From Macrostomum lignano (taxonomy: Eukaryota), in assembly GCA_002269645.1 (NCBI GenBank), contig NIVC01000246.1, positions 62,001 through 126,000 on the forward strand: a stretch of 64,000 bases of DNA. Direction: 5' to 3'. A program made the translations under genes and the position numbers. Below, one piece after another: positions 61,501 to 64,000 of this stretch; within the stretch, counting starts at the first letter, position 1, and every line of letters starts with the position of its first letter. The notes beneath the pieces are model-generated. The model worked only from the letters and a program-made list of their open reading frames with translations. It was not told the DNA's origin and did not search any database.

Positions 61501-64000
61501 TAGAAGCCATCACAACCACATCCTTAGAAGCCATCACAACCACATCCTTAGAAGCCATCACAACCATATCCTTAGAAGCCATCACAACCACATCCTTAGA
61601 AGCCATCACAACCACATCCTTAGAAGCCATCACAACCACATCCTTAGAAGCCATCACAACCACATCCCTTAGAAGCCATCACAACCACATCCGTAGAAGC
61701 CATCACAACCATATCCCTTAGAAGCCATCACAACCACATCCCTTAGAAGCCATCACAACCATATCCTTAGAAGCCATCACAACCATATCCTTAGAAGCCA
61801 TCACAACCACATCCCTTAGAAGCCATCACAACCATATCCTTAGAAGCCATCACAACCATATCCTTAGAAGCCATCACAACCATATCCTTAGAAGCCATCA
61901 CAACCATATCCTTAGAAGCCATCACAACCATATCCTTAGAAGCCATCACAACCATATCCCTTAGAAGCCATCACAACCATATCCCTTAGAAGCCATCACA
62001 ACCATATCCTTAGAAGCCATCACAACCATATCCTTAGAAGCCATCACAACCATATCCTTAGAAGCCATCACAACCACATCCCTTAGAAGCCATCACAACC
62101 ATATCCTTAGAAGCCATCACAACCACATCCCTTAGAAGCCATCACAACCATATCCTTAGAAGCCATCACAACCACGTCCTTAGAAGCCATCACAACCATA
62201 TCCTTAGAAGCCATCACAACCATATCCCTTAGAAGCCATCACAACCATATCCTTAGAAGCCATCACAACCATATCCTTAGAAGCCATCACAACCACATCC
62301 CTTAGAAGCCATCACAACCATATCCTTAGAAGCCATCACAACCACATCCCTTAGAAGCCATCACAACCATATCCTTAGAAGCCATCACAACCACATCCCT
62401 TAGAAGCCATCACAACCATATCCCTTAGAAGCCATCACAACCACATCCGTAGAAGCCATCACAACCATATCCTTAGAAGCCATCACAACCACATCCTTAG
62501 AAGCCATCACAACCATATCCTTAGAAGCCATCACAACCACGTCCTTAGAAGCCATCACAACCACATCCTTAGAAGCCATCACAACCACATCCTTAGAAGC
62601 CATCACAACCACATCCTTAGAAGCCATCACAACCACATCCTTAGAAGCCATCACAACCACATCCTTAGAAGCCATCACAACCACATCCCTTAGAAGCCAT
62701 CACAACCATATCCTTAGAAGCCATCACAACCACGTCCTTAGAAGCCATCACAACCATATCCTTAGAAGCCATCACAACCATATCCCTTAGAAGCCATCAC
62801 AACCATATCCTTAGAAGCCATCACAACCACGTCCTTAGAAGCCATCACAACCATATCCTTAGAAGCCATCACAACCATATCCTTAGAAGCCATCACAACC
62901 ACATCCTTAGAAGCCATCACAACCATATCCTTAGAAGCCATCACAACCACATCCTTAGAAGCCATCACAACCATATCCTTAGAAGCCATCACAACCACAT
63001 CCTTAGAAGCCATCACAACCATATCCTTAGAAGCCATCACAACCACATCCTTAGAAGCCATCACAACCATATCCTTAGAAGCCATCACAACCATCCTTAG
63101 AAGCCATCACAACCATATCCTTAGAAGCCATCACAACCACATCCTTAGAAGCCATCACAACCATATCCTTAGAAGCCATCACAACCACATCCCTTAGAAG
63201 CCATCACAACCACATCCTTAGAAGCCATCACAACCATATCCTTAGAAGCCATCACAACCACATCCTTAGAAGCCATCACAACCATATCCTTAGAAGCCAT
63301 CACAACCACATCCTTAGAAGCCATCACAACCATATCCTTAGAAGCCATCACAACCATATCCTTAGAAGCCATCACAACCATATCCTTAGAAGCCATCACA
63401 ACCATATCCTTAGAAGCCATCACAACCATATCCTTAGAAGCCATCACAACCATATCCTTAGAAGCCATCACAACCATATCCTTAGAAGCCATCACAACCA
63501 CATCCTTAGAAGCCATCACAACCATATCCTTAGAAGCCATCACAACCACATCCTTAGAAGCCATCACAACCATATCCTTAGAAGCCATCACAACCACATC
63601 CTTAGAAGCCATCACAACCACATCCTTAGAAGCCATCACAACCACATCCTTAGAAGCCATCACAACCATATCCTTAGAAGCCATCACAACCACATCCTTA
63701 GAAGCCATCACAACCACATCCTTAGAAGCCATCACAACCACATCCCTTAGAAGCCATCACAACCATATCCTTAGAAGCCATCACAACCATATCCTTAGAA
63801 GCCATCACAACCACATCCTTAGAAGCCATCACAACCATATCCTTAGAAGCCATCACAACCACATCCTTAGAAGCCATCACAACCATCCTTAGAAGCCATC
63901 ACAACCACATCCTTAGAAGCCATCACAACCATATCCTTAGAAGCCATCACAACCATATCCTTAGAAGCCATCACAACCATATCCTTAGAAGCCATCACAA
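58507..64000. repeat. 24/25-bp satellite AGAAGCCATCACAACCA(C/T)ATCC(C)TT, >200 copies, running off the window end; begins with 45-bp units
   Basis: Direct reading; source of all MVVMASKD pseudo-ORFs. Confidence 0.97.

Noticed and set aside
58495-63741. MVVMASKD and TTTSVEAI ORFs
   Set aside because: They are translations of the 24/45-bp satellite.

Overview
This is a eukaryotic, animal (invertebrate) genomic window. GC-rich exons sit between AT-rich spacers and about 30 mini/microsatellite arrays, many of them intronic and flush against splice sites. The style and gene content (e.g. a UspA-family gene) fit a lophotrochozoan such as a free-living flatworm, but the species cannot be determined from the sequence alone. 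I reconstructed these genes by hand from GT-AG junctions and frame continuity: a secreted PAN/apple + C-type-lectin-like protein (+, one 1-bp frameshift), a Gly/Arg-rich low-complexity ORF, replication-type histone H4 with its 3' stem-loop, a secreted mucin-Kazal protein, class I HDAC (HDAC1/2; exon 1 not found), a CAP-EGF-SEA-like-TM membrane protein, an equilibrative nucleoside transporter, a universal stress protein, the start of a UBA-like gene and a probable terminal tail-anchor exon. Mobile DNA includes an internally deleted Ty3/Gypsy element, a decayed APE-RT (RTE-like) LINE, MITEs, SINE-like pieces and a mariner relic. The two most striking observations are: (1) a young 3.0-kb foldback element (9-bp TSD, TIRs built of 186-bp tandem units) carrying an intron-containing Ulp1/SUMO-protease (C48) fragment with His-Asp-Cys intact; and (2) introns whose repeats are amplified splice signals, notably an HDAC intron with 11 tandem copies of its own branch-point/acceptor cassette, each decoy leading to an immediate stop. 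Most long ORFs in the supplied track are artefacts of tandem repeats. No CRISPR, rRNA or intact tRNA genes were seen.
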